From assembly GCA_900088475.1 (NCBI GenBank), contig FLMG01002834.1:1-37299 (forward strand): 37,299 nucleotides of DNA, written 5' to 3'. The notes beneath the pieces were generated by a model. That model was not told where the DNA came from. It was given only the letters and a program-made list of their open reading frames with translations, and searched no databases. Within the stretch, counting starts at the first letter, position 1. Every line of letters starts with the position of its first letter. Positions 25,728 to 36,017 of this stretch are shown here, one piece after another. The DNA comes from Hyphochytrium catenoides (taxonomy: Eukaryota > Protista > Hyphochytriomycota). The translations under genes and the position numbers were made by a program.

Positions 25728-27038
25728 CTACCGAATGAACGCGATAAGCAAGGTCAAGATAGCTAGTGCTTCGAGCCCCAGTGATGTGGTTGCGACCAAT
25801 AGAGGAGAGCCAAGTGCGTCATAAAGGTAACCTAATAAGGCGCTACCCAGGGCCCAGCTGATCCCGAAGAGCCCGTTCGCGATGCCGTAAGCACTACTCC
25901 GCCGCTCGGCCGGGACGATGTCAGCGATGATCGCGGAGACAGCAGCACCCTGAACGCCCATTCCTAAGCCCCAGCAGATGATTCCAGCCCAAACCAGTGT
26001 TTTAGCCCCTAGTAACATGAGCGGGGCTGAGAGAGAGGCAACTCCGATTGCTATAGCAACTGCACTTATTCCGTACTGGTCAAAGAGTGTTCCTACTGCT
26101 AAGGCAGTGACGGCCTCTACGGCCATAGCTGTAGAATACATCAAAGGTATCGTGTGAGCTCCAAACAGCTCAGCCTTGTGAAAGTGGTAGGCATATAGAG
26201 GAAAGTCTATGTAACCAGCCGCCATAAAACAGTTTCCGACGACAAACACCCAAAAGTTTTGTCTTAGGCGTCTAGCAGACGGAACCCTTTTCGTTGTCTC
26301 CAGATCTTGAGGATGAGGAAACAGCCATCTCGCCGCTGCCAGTGCCATAATGGCCAATATTCCAGGCATGACTAGCACAGCGAAGGCTGCTTTATAACTT
26401 ATAAGCTCTTCGTCACCAAGTGAAATTTTCCAGGATATCACAGCAGAAACGATAATAGGACCAGCGACTGCTCCGACCTGGTCCATGAATTGGTGGATGC
26501 CAAAGCCGCGGCCATGGCCTAGATGCCCCGTGGCATAAGACAACATTGCATCTCTTGCAGGCTTTCGAATTCCCTTACCAAGCCTTTCACCTACCAGTAA
26601 GGCGACCACCTGCTGCCACGTTGAGGCGACTGACAAGAGACAGACAGACGCAACAGTCACGATATACCCCAAGAACACCGCACCCCAATAAAAACCACTC
26701 TTCTCCGTGGCGTAACCTGGATAAGCGCACAGCGAGAGGAGTTAGCCACCTCAATGAGCCTTCTTGAGCTACGCGCGCGCACCTGAGACAAACCGAAAAG
26801 AATATCCAATAAACTCTCCGGACCCGACCACCACCCCGACCGCTGTGGCAGATGATCCTAGAAGTGCCAGATAGGGTCCACTCACGCTTCTGGCGCCCTC
26901 ATATGTCAGATCTGCAAATAAACTGCAGAAACCAAGGAGGACCACAAACTGCAGCGCTAAACGAGAGGTCAATGGAGGCGGTGTGCTAGGAGAAGGACCT
27001 TCCTCCACGACAAGAAGGGTTGACCTTTCTGTAGCCAT
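25728..27038 (-). CDS. Major facilitator superfamily transporter of prokaryote-like type; one intron (26717-26782)
   Basis: FVVLLGFCSLFADLTYEGARSVSGPYLALLG, ERLGKGIRKPARDAMLS, GRGFGIHQFMDQVGAVAGP, GTLFDQYG and ERRSSAYG, with about 12 hydrophobic segments. Confidence 0.9.
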
Positions 27039-27123
27039 GGCGCCTTACACTTACACCGTATACACACACACAGAAGCCGAGCCTTAAGCGCTTACTTTCT
27101 AAAAATGTCCCTTCACTTGCGCG

Positions 27124-27185
27124 GAATGATAGAATCTGACGGTCTTCTCAGAGTGGTCCGCTTCGAGTGCTGCATTCTATCATTC
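27124..27185. other. 12-bp perfect inverted repeat (GAATGATAGAAT / ATTCTATCATTC) between divergent genes
   Basis: 27124-27135 is the reverse complement of 27174-27185. Confidence 0.6.
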
Positions 27186-27798
27186 GCACTGAATGAGTAG
27201 GAGGATCATGACAGCAGAAAGATGCGAAGATCAGAATATCTTCCTGAACCGTTTCTTCCCTCTGTGAACAGTTCTAAGTTCTTCAAGACCAAGGTTCTCC
27301 TAAAGTCCGTTTCTTCACAATCTGTGTGTCAATTATGTACAGTTTGTTTCACCAGTCTGTGTGAATTGGGCGCTAATTGCAGAGTAACTCACATGTATGG
27401 GGCCCTTTGCGAATTAGGCTGTCAGTAGAGAAGGAAGCTTTGGTTTATTGGGCACGATTATTGGCAGTAAAGAAAACTCCTTATAGTTCTCCCTATCCAT
27501 CAGCTTCATCAGTGATGAGCAATGAGCAACGAAGTGCTGCCAAGAGGAGAGTTATTGTTAGCTGTCGGAGGTAGTCTAGCGAGCCTTATCGGTCAGTTGA
27601 CGTGAGTTCAATGCACGGTTTGGCCTTGAGCTGCATAGACGTTTGATTGCGTTGGAGTGATTATGTTTTCTCAATGAAATCGAGATAACTGCTGGCAAGA
27701 GTTCGTGTCTACGACCGCGTGATGCAAGAAACCGCTTGCTAATCGACAGGTCTAGGCAGTGGCCCGATACTGGTGCGGCAACGTTAGAGGTGGGAACG

Positions 27799-29481
27799 AT
27801 GCAGTATTTGAGGACGATGGGAGGGCAGCGACTACTGTCTACCAGCGTATCGATAGCTGGCCGTAGACAGAAACGGACCACCAGCCTAGGCATGGCGGGA
27901 GGTGTCATCTCTGCCGCTGCTCTCTCTATAACCGCCCTAGGAGTATACAAGTATGAGAGTGACGAAGGCTTCCGGCGCTCGGTGGTCTTCTGGAGCAAGG
28001 CGTTCCCCGTCTATGTGCATTACAGGCTGACACAGAACTGGGTGAAGAATAAGCCGGACCCTGAGCAAGAAGTGATATACGAGAAGCTCCACGACCGCCA
28101 TGCACCGACAATGCTCGATGTTATTCTCACCCTGCGGGGATTCTACATCAAAATAGGACAAGTGGGTGCTACTAGAGCAGACTTTTTGCCTCCGCAATAC
28201 ATCGATCGGTTATCTGTATTGCAGGATGGCTGCCCTTCTGAAGAGTTCGAGAGCGTGAAGGCTACCATTGAGCACGACTTGGGGCGCCCAATGGATGAAG
28301 TGTTTGCATACTTCGACCCCAAGCCTATTGGCTCTGCCTCTATAGGTCAGGCGCATCTCGCTCGTCTAAAGAACGGAGATCAGGTGGTTGTAAAGGTGCA
28401 GTACCCCAAGGTTGAAGGTCTCTTCAGAGGAGACGTCAACAATATTCGAGCATTTTGTGAGCTAGCTCAACCTGCTCATTTGGTGCTCCTTGATGAGATC
28501 GAGAAGCAGTTCCTTACGGAGTTTGACTACCAAAAAGAGGCACAACACCTTGAGAGAGTGGGTCAGAACCTGGCAAGGTCCCCGTATCGGAAGATGGTTG
28601 CTGTCCCGAAACCCTATCTTGACCTCTGCACCAAAAAAGTCCTTGTCATGTCTTATCTTCCCGGTGTAAAGTTCGTGGACGCAATCAAGAAGGAGTATGA
28701 GCACATCGCAGCGGAGCGTGGTATGACTTTGAAGGAGCTCGAGAAACGCCACAGAGAAGAAGTAGCTGCGGGCTTGGTTCCTGCCTTACCATCGGCGAAA
28801 CAGATTAGGACGTACAGTAGATACCTGAAGCTCAAAGATGCGGCCAGTAATACGTGGAGATTCCTCTTTAACCATACAGCGGGATACTTAGGCTATCAGG
28901 TGCCATACGTAAAGACGCGACTCCCAATCAACATTCCAGAGATTATGGATAAGCTTGTGGCGGTGCATGCGCATGAGATTTTTGTCGACGGCTACTTCAA
29001 CGGCGACCCTCATCCTGGCAATATCCTTCTAATGCCAGATGGTAGGCTAGGGCTGATTGACTATGGTCAAGTGAAGCAAATGGACGTCGCCTCTAGAAGG
29101 AAGCTTGCCAAGCTCATCATCGCGCTGGCTGAGGAGGATAAGGAGGCGATCGTGAGAGCGATGAGAGAGATGGGGTTCCGCTCTACCAAGCAGGACCCCT
29201 ACGTTGCCGAGAAAATGGCTATTATTGGCTTCGATCGTGATGGGATGGACGTGACGGAGGGGAAGAATATTCAGATGTTCTTTGAGGATTTAGATGCCAG
29301 AGACAAGGTTATCTCTGCGGCAGATGAATATGTGATGGCCTCAAGGGTTTCTTTGCTTCTTCGGGGCCTTGGGACGGTTTTGAACTATCCAATGTCAACA
29401 GCAAAGATGTGGAAGCCAGTGGCAGAGAAATTTCTCAAGGACACGGACAAAGTCGTCTTGGATGAGCCCAGACTACAATAG
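27799..29481 (+). CDS. ABC1/UbiB/ADCK atypical kinase, intronless, likely mitochondrial
   Basis: GFYIKIGQ (KxGQ motif), IGSASIGQAH, VVVKVQYP, EFDYQKEA, FNGDPHPGNIL and LIDYGQ, with an Arg-rich N-terminus and a hydrophobic segment. Confidence 0.95.
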   Translation: MQYLRTMGGQRLLSTSVSIAGRRQKRTTSLGMAGGVISAAALSITALGVYKYESDEGFRRSVVFWSKAFPVYVHYRLTQNWVKNKPDPEQEVIYEKLHDRHAPTMLDVILTLRGFYIKIGQVGATRADFLPPQYIDRLSVLQDGCPSEEFESVKATIEHDLGRPMDEVFAYFDPKPIGSASIGQAHLARLKNGDQVVVKVQYPKVEGLFRGDVNNIRAFCELAQPAHLVLLDEIEKQFLTEFDYQKEAQHLERVGQNLARSPYRKMVAVPKPYLDLCTKKVLVMSYLPGVKFVDAIKKEYEHIAAERGMTLKELEKRHREEVAAGLVPALPSAKQIRTYSRYLKLKDAASNTWRFLFNHTAGYLGYQVPYVKTRLPINIPEIMDKLVAVHAHEIFVDGYFNGDPHPGNILLMPDGRLGLIDYGQVKQMDVASRRKLAKLIIALAEEDKEAIVRAMREMGFRSTKQDPYVAEKMAIIGFDRDGMDVTEGKNIQMFFEDLDARDKVISAADEYVMASRVSLLLRGLGTVLNYPMSTAKMWKPVAEKFLKDTDKVVLDEPRLQ

Positions 29482-30804
29482 AAAAGGCAAAGCAACAACT
29501 CCAGGGTTAGACCTCTATATATTGCCCTTAGCGAAATAAGTAAGGAAACTAGTTCAATCCGGTGTCATGATGAGCCAGCGGACCGACGATGCTACTCTCG
29601 AAGGCTATAGCTTCCTGAGTTCGCCTTCTCCAATGCAGTACAATGGATTCTTGCTCCCTGGCATCTATAGCGTCCCTTACTCCACTATAACAGCTAGGGC
29701 AATCCTTCCCCTGGTGCCAATCAAGGCAAAAGCACAACGCCGCCATCGGGAGCAAGCAAGATATATCCTAATCGCCGGAGGTGAGGAGTCAAGTATCGGA
29801 TGAGACTATTCTATGTAGACGAGCTACTTTGCGCCTTCACGCATCAACCGTGTACACGGAGGGTGCGAACCAGGAGTATGTGGATGCCTTCAGCAAGAAG
29901 AAAAGTTCTCAGGCTTGGGACGTGGTGCCTCTGTGGTCTATCTATGGATCCGCTCTCCCAACAAAATTTTGCTTTCTTCTTCTCAACCCGTCAGTTACAT
30001 CGTTCTTATTCTACAGAAACCTGACAATTACGAGGCATAAATCATAGAACCTCGTCAAGAATGGATAGTTATTGACAATGGACTCTTCTTCTTGTGTTGC
30101 ATCAATAGCTAGGAAATTCACAGATTGTCAAGAACAGGTGTGGAGTTTGTCATAAGTTGGGTCCACACTGTTTTGGTGCTGAAAATAGCCCATCAACAGG
30201 CTGCACACTCCGCGCTGTGGCCTCCAGACCCCAAGAGCTTGGGCTCCCTCGTTGTTGCTGCTCCTCCTTCTCTGGCAAGACAACTGCATCGATGGCCAAC
30301 ATTCACTGCCTCAGGATGGCCTTTGCTGGGTGCTACGGCTTGTCCAGAGGCTTGAGTGTGAGGATCTCAGGTGGTGCAGGCATCCATCTGCCCCAAAGGG
30401 TATTAATAAACTGCGACGCTTCGGCCCACTTGCCAGAAGCACTATTAATAGAGACTTTCTTTCCCTTCAGTAGTGATAAGGGCTGTGGAGTCACCTAGTT
30501 GAACTTTCTCTTGCTACGTCCTCATTTCTTCCCGTTTGTCAGCCCAGGCAGAGGAAGATCGACCTCCAGAGCCGAGTGGAGATTATGGCCCATAAGACAT
30601 CCTATGACAACTGATAGGCCTTAGTATAGTCCTGGCAGCCCTCGATGTGATTCTCGTAAGCTCAAGAGAGCGTCATTTATCGATTAACAAGCCACAGGAC
30701 CCACGATAGTGTGTCAGCCATATCTCAAAGTACTAGCAGCATTGTGATCGTCAGCTCATATCCGTCCAGATTTAGTGCTCCGTCAGTTTGCATTACTGCG
30801 CAAA

Positions 30805-31869
30805 ATGAGGCCCATCGCACCCCAACTCGCAATCTCAGCAGCACATGCTGTTCCATCTAAAGGGCTCAGCTTGAATACGGAGTACGCTATCAAATTTCTT
30901 GGCGGAGTCCTTGTTCTCTACCCCATCACACATTTGGAAGACCTCAATGACGGCTTGCAGAATTTGGTAGCCGGCGGAATCGCGGGAGTGGTCTCCCGGA
31001 CTATCACAGCTCCAATGGACAGAATTCGGATAGTGTTGCAGGCTGGCGTGGTTGGGCCACATCATGTCACCATTCCTAAGGACTTGAAAGGGATGTCTAT
31101 AGCAGAGAAGTCTCGCATTCTGAGGACAGCAAGAACCATCTACCTTGAAGGAGGTTTGATAGGCTTCTTTAAGGGTAACGCCGCCAACATTATGAAGGTG
31201 ACTCCAGAGACAGCCATTAAGTTCTACGCCAATCAGAAGCTCATGGACGCCATCAATCGGGATAAGAACAATATCAAGACAAGTGAACGCTTCCTCTCTG
31301 GAGCGACCGCAGGTCTCGTTGCCCAATCCATGGTCTACCCATTGGAGGTTGTTAGGACAAGGATGGCTCTATCAAAGCCAGGGCAATACCGAAGCATCTT
31401 GCACTGTATGTCCTGCACTGTCAGGGATGAGGGCATGCGAAAGATGTATAGGGGCTTAGCCCCATCCCTCCTAGGTATCGTCCCCTATGCAGGAGTAGAG
31501 TTGACCACGTTCAACACCGTGAAAGACTGGTATAGAAAAAAGTACTCAACCAACCACGTACCGGTGCCATATCTACTCATGTTTGGCGGTCTCTCGTCTA
31601 TTGTGGCCCAGGCAGTCTCCTACCCCTTACAGCTGATCCGGACTAAGCTTCAGGCGCAAGGCATGCCTGGGCGTCCTGTGCAGTACAATGGAATGGTTGA
31701 TTGCTTCAGACAGGTCATCCGACAAGAAGGATTGGTTGGCCTTTATAGAGGTATCCTCCCAGGATCTGTCAAGACTGTACCTGCCATCGGCATCAGTTAT
31801 ACCACCTTTGAGACCGTGAAGTCCAGGCTAGGAATTGAGAAATCTGAACAAAAGGCCCATCGCCACTAA
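30805..31869 (+). CDS. Mitochondrial carrier (SLC25), SCaMC/ATP-Mg:Pi-carrier-like, intronless
   Basis: Three carrier repeats (PMDRIR, PLEVVRTR, PLQLIRTK). AGGIAGVVSRT, KGNAANIMKVTPETAIKF and YRGLAPSLLGIVPYAG are typical of SLC25A23/24/25-like carriers. Confidence 0.93.
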   Translation: MRPIAPQLAISAAHAVPSKGLSLNTEYAIKFLGGVLVLYPITHLEDLNDGLQNLVAGGIAGVVSRTITAPMDRIRIVLQAGVVGPHHVTIPKDLKGMSIAEKSRILRTARTIYLEGGLIGFFKGNAANIMKVTPETAIKFYANQKLMDAINRDKNNIKTSERFLSGATAGLVAQSMVYPLEVVRTRMALSKPGQYRSILHCMSCTVRDEGMRKMYRGLAPSLLGIVPYAGVELTTFNTVKDWYRKKYSTNHVPVPYLLMFGGLSSIVAQAVSYPLQLIRTKLQAQGMPGRPVQYNGMVDCFRQVIRQEGLVGLYRGILPGSVKTVPAIGISYTTFETVKSRLGIEKSEQKAHRH

Positions 31870-31982
31870 TGGTCTCGGCGAGGTCTCGCCTAAAGCATCT
31901 TGTCATAATATTATAAAAGATATATCATAAATTATCCGCCATAAAGTGAGAAGGACGCTGCGCCCAGCATCTCCTTGATCGC

Positions 31983-32860
31983 TTAGTCATCGTAGATCCA
32001 GTACCGGGGATTGTAGTTCTCGATCAGCTCTTCATCCTTGGCATAGAGCTGTAACAAGATAGAAGACAAAGGCGTTTAGCCCTCAACATTGACACAGCCT
32101 CTTCACCCTTCTAGACCATCTATAGTCCTCTGGTCCGCCACTGTTGAGCCCATTTTTCCTCTCTTATCAGTCGCCGTCTTCTTCCTTACTTCTCTTCTCC
32201 TCGAATGATGGCTAGCCGACAGCACCATTTGGCTCTCTAACATAGTATTTCGTCTCACAGACGCCTACCACCGTTACCTTAACAAATCTCTCAAATCCTC
32301 CCTGGAGCACCATGACTTTCGGCTTTTTCTCCTCTCCTTCCAACAAGATGTTTACGCGATTCATGAACCTCTTCGCGCAAGAAGGCCCTCGGACTTGGCT
32401 GTGTAAGGAAAGGGAAGAAAGACCAAGGCAATTAACAGAAGAGACTTGCGCGGTCAACGAGATCCTAACCTCTTCATGCAATGGAAGACGATGCGATCAG
32501 CATCTTTGAACCTTTCGACCGCCTGTTCCACGTCATCATCGCAATAAAAGAGCTGCAGCAAGACAAATCTAAGGTAAGGGCCCGATGACAACGGGATGGC
32601 ATGCTCTCAGGAGCGAAGGGTTGCGCCTTACCTCGGACGGGATATTGACAGCACCTTTGATGTTACCGCCTACGTAGTCCTTGGAAGATAGAAAAAGTCA
32701 GAACTAGCATTTTTCTTCCAGAAGCGAGTGTCACCTAGCACATAGTCTTACGTACATCGTCCCTCACATCCAGAATGACGGTTTTCACTGGCTTAGACCT
32801 GAGCTCCTCAGCTAGAGCTTCGGCAGTAATATACTCCACGCTTGGATAGTAGTCGCCCAT
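31983..32860 (-). CDS. Cdc25-like rhodanese-fold phosphatase / ACR2-type arsenate reductase, 5 exons
   Basis: ILDVRDDDYVGGNIKGAVNIPS, IVFHCMKSQVRGPSCA (HC-x5-R active site) and VLQGGF. Confidence 0.92.
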
Positions 32861-33283
32861 GTTTAGAGTGTTGGCGGTTGTTATAGAGCGCAGATGTTTC
32901 GGGCAACTACCTATGAATTCGCGTCTCTGGTGACCTATGCCAAGTCCAGAACTCACGCTGAATGTGAGACGTCCTAGCGCCGCTGTGGACTTTCCTTAGC
33001 GAAAGGCTCACGGTGCGCGTGTCCCTAGAAATGACTGCTCGGACTGCTTGTGCAGTTCTTCCTATCATCACCACTGGCACGGCTCGCCTCTGACAGTGGC
33101 CAATTGCAGATTGTCCAGAGACGGGAGGCACGTGAAAAGCCTGAGAGTGATTGGCTCGACATCTTTTCAGCCCACAACCGCTCTCCACTGTACTCTCCGT
33201 TACCTGATTCTTTCCTTCACCCAGCCCAGGACCGTACGCCTTGTTATGTGCTGTACGTTCTTTCAGACCGTTGTAGCTCCGAG

Positions 33284-33429
33284 CGAATCTGAGAGTGGAG
33301 AGACTGATTCTCATGCTCTCCCATCATCTGTGACCTGTGACTGGCTCCATAGAGGCAAGAATTAGATGACCTGTGACTGGCTCCACCTAGCAGTACGAAT
33401 CTGAGAGTGGAGAGACTAATTCTTGCCTC
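33284..33429. repeat. Composite A-B-B-A direct repeats with an overlapping 14-bp inverted repeat
   Basis: A = 33284-33311 and 33396-33423 (1 mismatch). B = 33331-33349 and 33367-33385. Inverted repeat = 33352-33365 and 33416-33429. Confidence 0.85.
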
Positions 33430-33500
33430 AGTACGGTCCAGTAGTTGCAAAACTACTCAGCCAGTCTTAGGCCCTAGGAACCGAGCTAAACTTGCTTAGA

Positions 33501-36017
33501 ATGGTACTTTCGCTGTGCGGCCCCTCACTACTGGACCGTACTGCTAGGTCGATAACTGCCACTTCCGCGATGGTAATGACATCTAAACGCCTTCTTCGTC
33601 GCCCAAACTGCCCTTCGAGTCGGTTCTTACTGTCACAGCAAGCACGGTATCTATGTCCATCTCCCTCTCTCGGCAACTGCGGGAACTTCTCCGGTCAGAC
33701 ACCAGCAAAGAGTTCTGGCTGGCGCCATGGCCTACGGGTGTCGCAACCGTTCACACCGATAACGAGGCTGCCGGCCGCTCATAAGCAGCTTTTGCGTGTA
33801 CGGTGTCTGAGCTCTGACAGAAATGGACAGAAGAGAGCGCAGGGTAGAAGTGATCTAAATATCAAAGGGCATGACCTTAAGAATGCTGACCTAAGGAAGC
33901 TTTCAAGAAGAGACCAGTTGAAGATCTTAACAGCAGCAATGAACACGGCGGCTATGACTGGGGATGTAAGAGCTGCTGAAGAAATTTTAGTTAAACGTAT
34001 GCCTCAACTTGGGCTGGCTCCCGATCAAATCAGTTGCGGGGTCCTTCTCAAGACTTACATCCGAAACAACCAGCTGGCCAAGGGAGAGCTATTCATCTCA
34101 TCAGAGATGCTACGCTTTGGTGTCAGGCCGTCAACGGAGCACTTTAACATTCTGATTGAAGGCTATGCGTCTCGTGGAGAGCTGGAGGCTGTGGAAGAGA
34201 TTCTGTACCATCGGATGGCGGAGGCTGGCGTCCAACCAGATGCAACGACGTGTGGTGGCGTACTGAAGGCATATGTACGGAATCGTGCGCTGAGCAAGGC
34301 GGAGGAGTTTATCTCTTCCAGGATGATAGGCTTTAACGTCACGCCTGATATTCGGACCTTCAACGTGTTGCTGGATGGCTATGGCGCCGCTGGGGATATT
34401 GCTGCGGTAGAAGATATTTTAGAGACTCGGCTACCGGCCGCGGGACTTACGCCCGACAGATTCACCTGCGGCGCTGTGTTGAAGGCGTATGTTCAAAGCA
34501 ATTATCTGGACAAAGCAGAAGAGTTTTTGTCTAGTAAAATGGCTGAGTACGGCGTGACTCTTGCTGTTGATCACTTCAACGTACTCCTAGGCGGATATGC
34601 ACGCGCAGGGAACATTGCCGAGATCGAGGATATATTTTACAAGCGGATGCCTCAGAAAGGGGTGCGGCCTGACAGGATTACCTGCTCCGCGGTCCTCAAG
34701 GGTTACGTACAAGGAAAAGACTTCGAGGCGGCAGAAAGGTTTCTTGCTGTGGAGATGCGCCGCGCCAAAATTAATCTATCACCTGAGCACTTCACGGTCC
34801 TGCTAAATGGCTATGGAGCGGCACGCGACATAAGAGCTGTGGAAGACATATTTTATGAGCGGATGCCCCAAGCTGGGCTTCATCCCAACGCTATCACTTG
34901 CGGTGCGATGCTGAAGGCCTACGTACAAGCAGGAGAATTGGAGGAGGCGGAAAGGTTCCTATCAGAGGAGATGGGCCGGCTTAAGGTGCGGCCACGTGTA
35001 GCACACTTCAGTATTCTCATTGAGGGCTACGCTGCGTCCAGGCAGATGGAAGAGGTCGACGACATCCTTGAAAGGCGGATGCCAGAGGCACGACTGCGCC
35101 CTGACAAGATCAACTGCGACGTTTTCTTACAGGCGTTAGTACGGAATGATGAACTGGACAAAGCTAAAGAATTTCTAGTCCTTCGGATGCCAAAGCTTAA
35201 GATTTCGCCGGATACAAAGAGTTTCACCATTGTCCTCGAGGGCTACGCCGCTGCTGGCGATGCTCAAGCAGTCCAACTCATCCTGCAGAAACTGATGCCT
35301 ATGGCGGGGGTGAAGGCCACAGCTGTCACTTGTAGGGCTATCCTGAACGCGTACGTGCAAAGCGGTGAGATGGGAAAGGCGGAGGAATTCTTAGCTTCTG
35401 AAATGCCAAAGCTCAACCTGAAGCCCAAAGCCCAGGACTTTACTATTCTCCTCGAGGGCTATGGCAAGCTTCGAAATCTAGCATCTTTGGAGGAGCTGCT
35501 CTACAAGCGGATGCCTGAGGCAGGAGTTATGCCGAACACCATTACTTGTGGTGTCGTTATCAAAGCTCTTGTGCGCAACCATGACCTCGAGAGAGCCGAG
35601 AAGTTCCTAACTGAGGAGATGCCACACCGTTTCAATTTGCAGCCAAAGGTGGAGCACTTCACGACTTTACTGACAGGATATGCGGCAGCTGGGGATGTGC
35701 AGGCGGTGGAAAACATACTTAACTGGCGCATGCGAGACGCTGGTGTGAGACCTAACGCGATCACCTGCAGTGCGGTCCTTCGGGCGTACGTGCGGAACAA
35801 CCAGCTAAAGACCGCTGAAGACTTTCTGGTTGTTGACATGCCCCTCATGGACTTTCGGCCGACAGCTGAACAATGGAACATTCTAATGGATGGTCTGGCC
35901 GCTGCTGGAGAGCGAGAAGCCGTAGAAGAGATCTTGTACAGACGCATGCCAGCCGCGGGTGTAGCGCCTAATGAAGCTTCAGAGGCCATACTCAGAAGAG
36001 TAACTCAAGCAGGCTAA
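33501..36017 (+). CDS. Pentatricopeptide-repeat (PPR) protein, intronless, about 838 aa, with organellar presequence and about 19 repeats of 36 aa
   Basis: Arg/Ser/Leu-rich N-terminus followed by repeats such as TEHFNILIEGYASRGELEAVEEILYHRMAEAGVQPD. No E or DYW extension is visible. Confidence 0.93.
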   Translation: MVLSLCGPSLLDRTARSITATSAMVMTSKRLLRRPNCPSSRFLLSQQARYLCPSPSLGNCGNFSGQTPAKSSGWRHGLRVSQPFTPITRLPAAHKQLLRVRCLSSDRNGQKRAQGRSDLNIKGHDLKNADLRKLSRRDQLKILTAAMNTAAMTGDVRAAEEILVKRMPQLGLAPDQISCGVLLKTYIRNNQLAKGELFISSEMLRFGVRPSTEHFNILIEGYASRGELEAVEEILYHRMAEAGVQPDATTCGGVLKAYVRNRALSKAEEFISSRMIGFNVTPDIRTFNVLLDGYGAAGDIAAVEDILETRLPAAGLTPDRFTCGAVLKAYVQSNYLDKAEEFLSSKMAEYGVTLAVDHFNVLLGGYARAGNIAEIEDIFYKRMPQKGVRPDRITCSAVLKGYVQGKDFEAAERFLAVEMRRAKINLSPEHFTVLLNGYGAARDIRAVEDIFYERMPQAGLHPNAITCGAMLKAYVQAGELEEAERFLSEEMGRLKVRPRVAHFSILIEGYAASRQMEEVDDILERRMPEARLRPDKINCDVFLQALVRNDELDKAKEFLVLRMPKLKISPDTKSFTIVLEGYAAAGDAQAVQLILQKLMPMAGVKATAVTCRAILNAYVQSGEMGKAEEFLASEMPKLNLKPKAQDFTILLEGYGKLRNLASLEELLYKRMPEAGVMPNTITCGVVIKALVRNHDLERAEKFLTEEMPHRFNLQPKVEHFTTLLTGYAAAGDVQAVENILNWRMRDAGVRPNAITCSAVLRAYVRNNQLKTAEDFLVVDMPLMDFRPTAEQWNILMDGLAAAGEREAVEEILYRRMPAAGVAPNEASEAILRRVTQAG

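Noticed and set aside
29549-30600. Short ORFs and a UGAUGA..CUGA pair suggesting a gene or C/D snoRNA
   Set aside because: No consistent exon chain was found, and the box spacing is only about 50 nt with no terminal stem.
33284-33429. CRISPR-like interpretation of the direct repeats
   Set aside because: Only two copies of each unit, irregular spacing, eukaryotic context and no cas genes.
34163-35989. Antisense and alternative-frame ORFs over the PPR gene (likewise over ABC1, SLC25 and PSMA6)
   Set aside because: They are shadow ORFs of genuine coding sequence.
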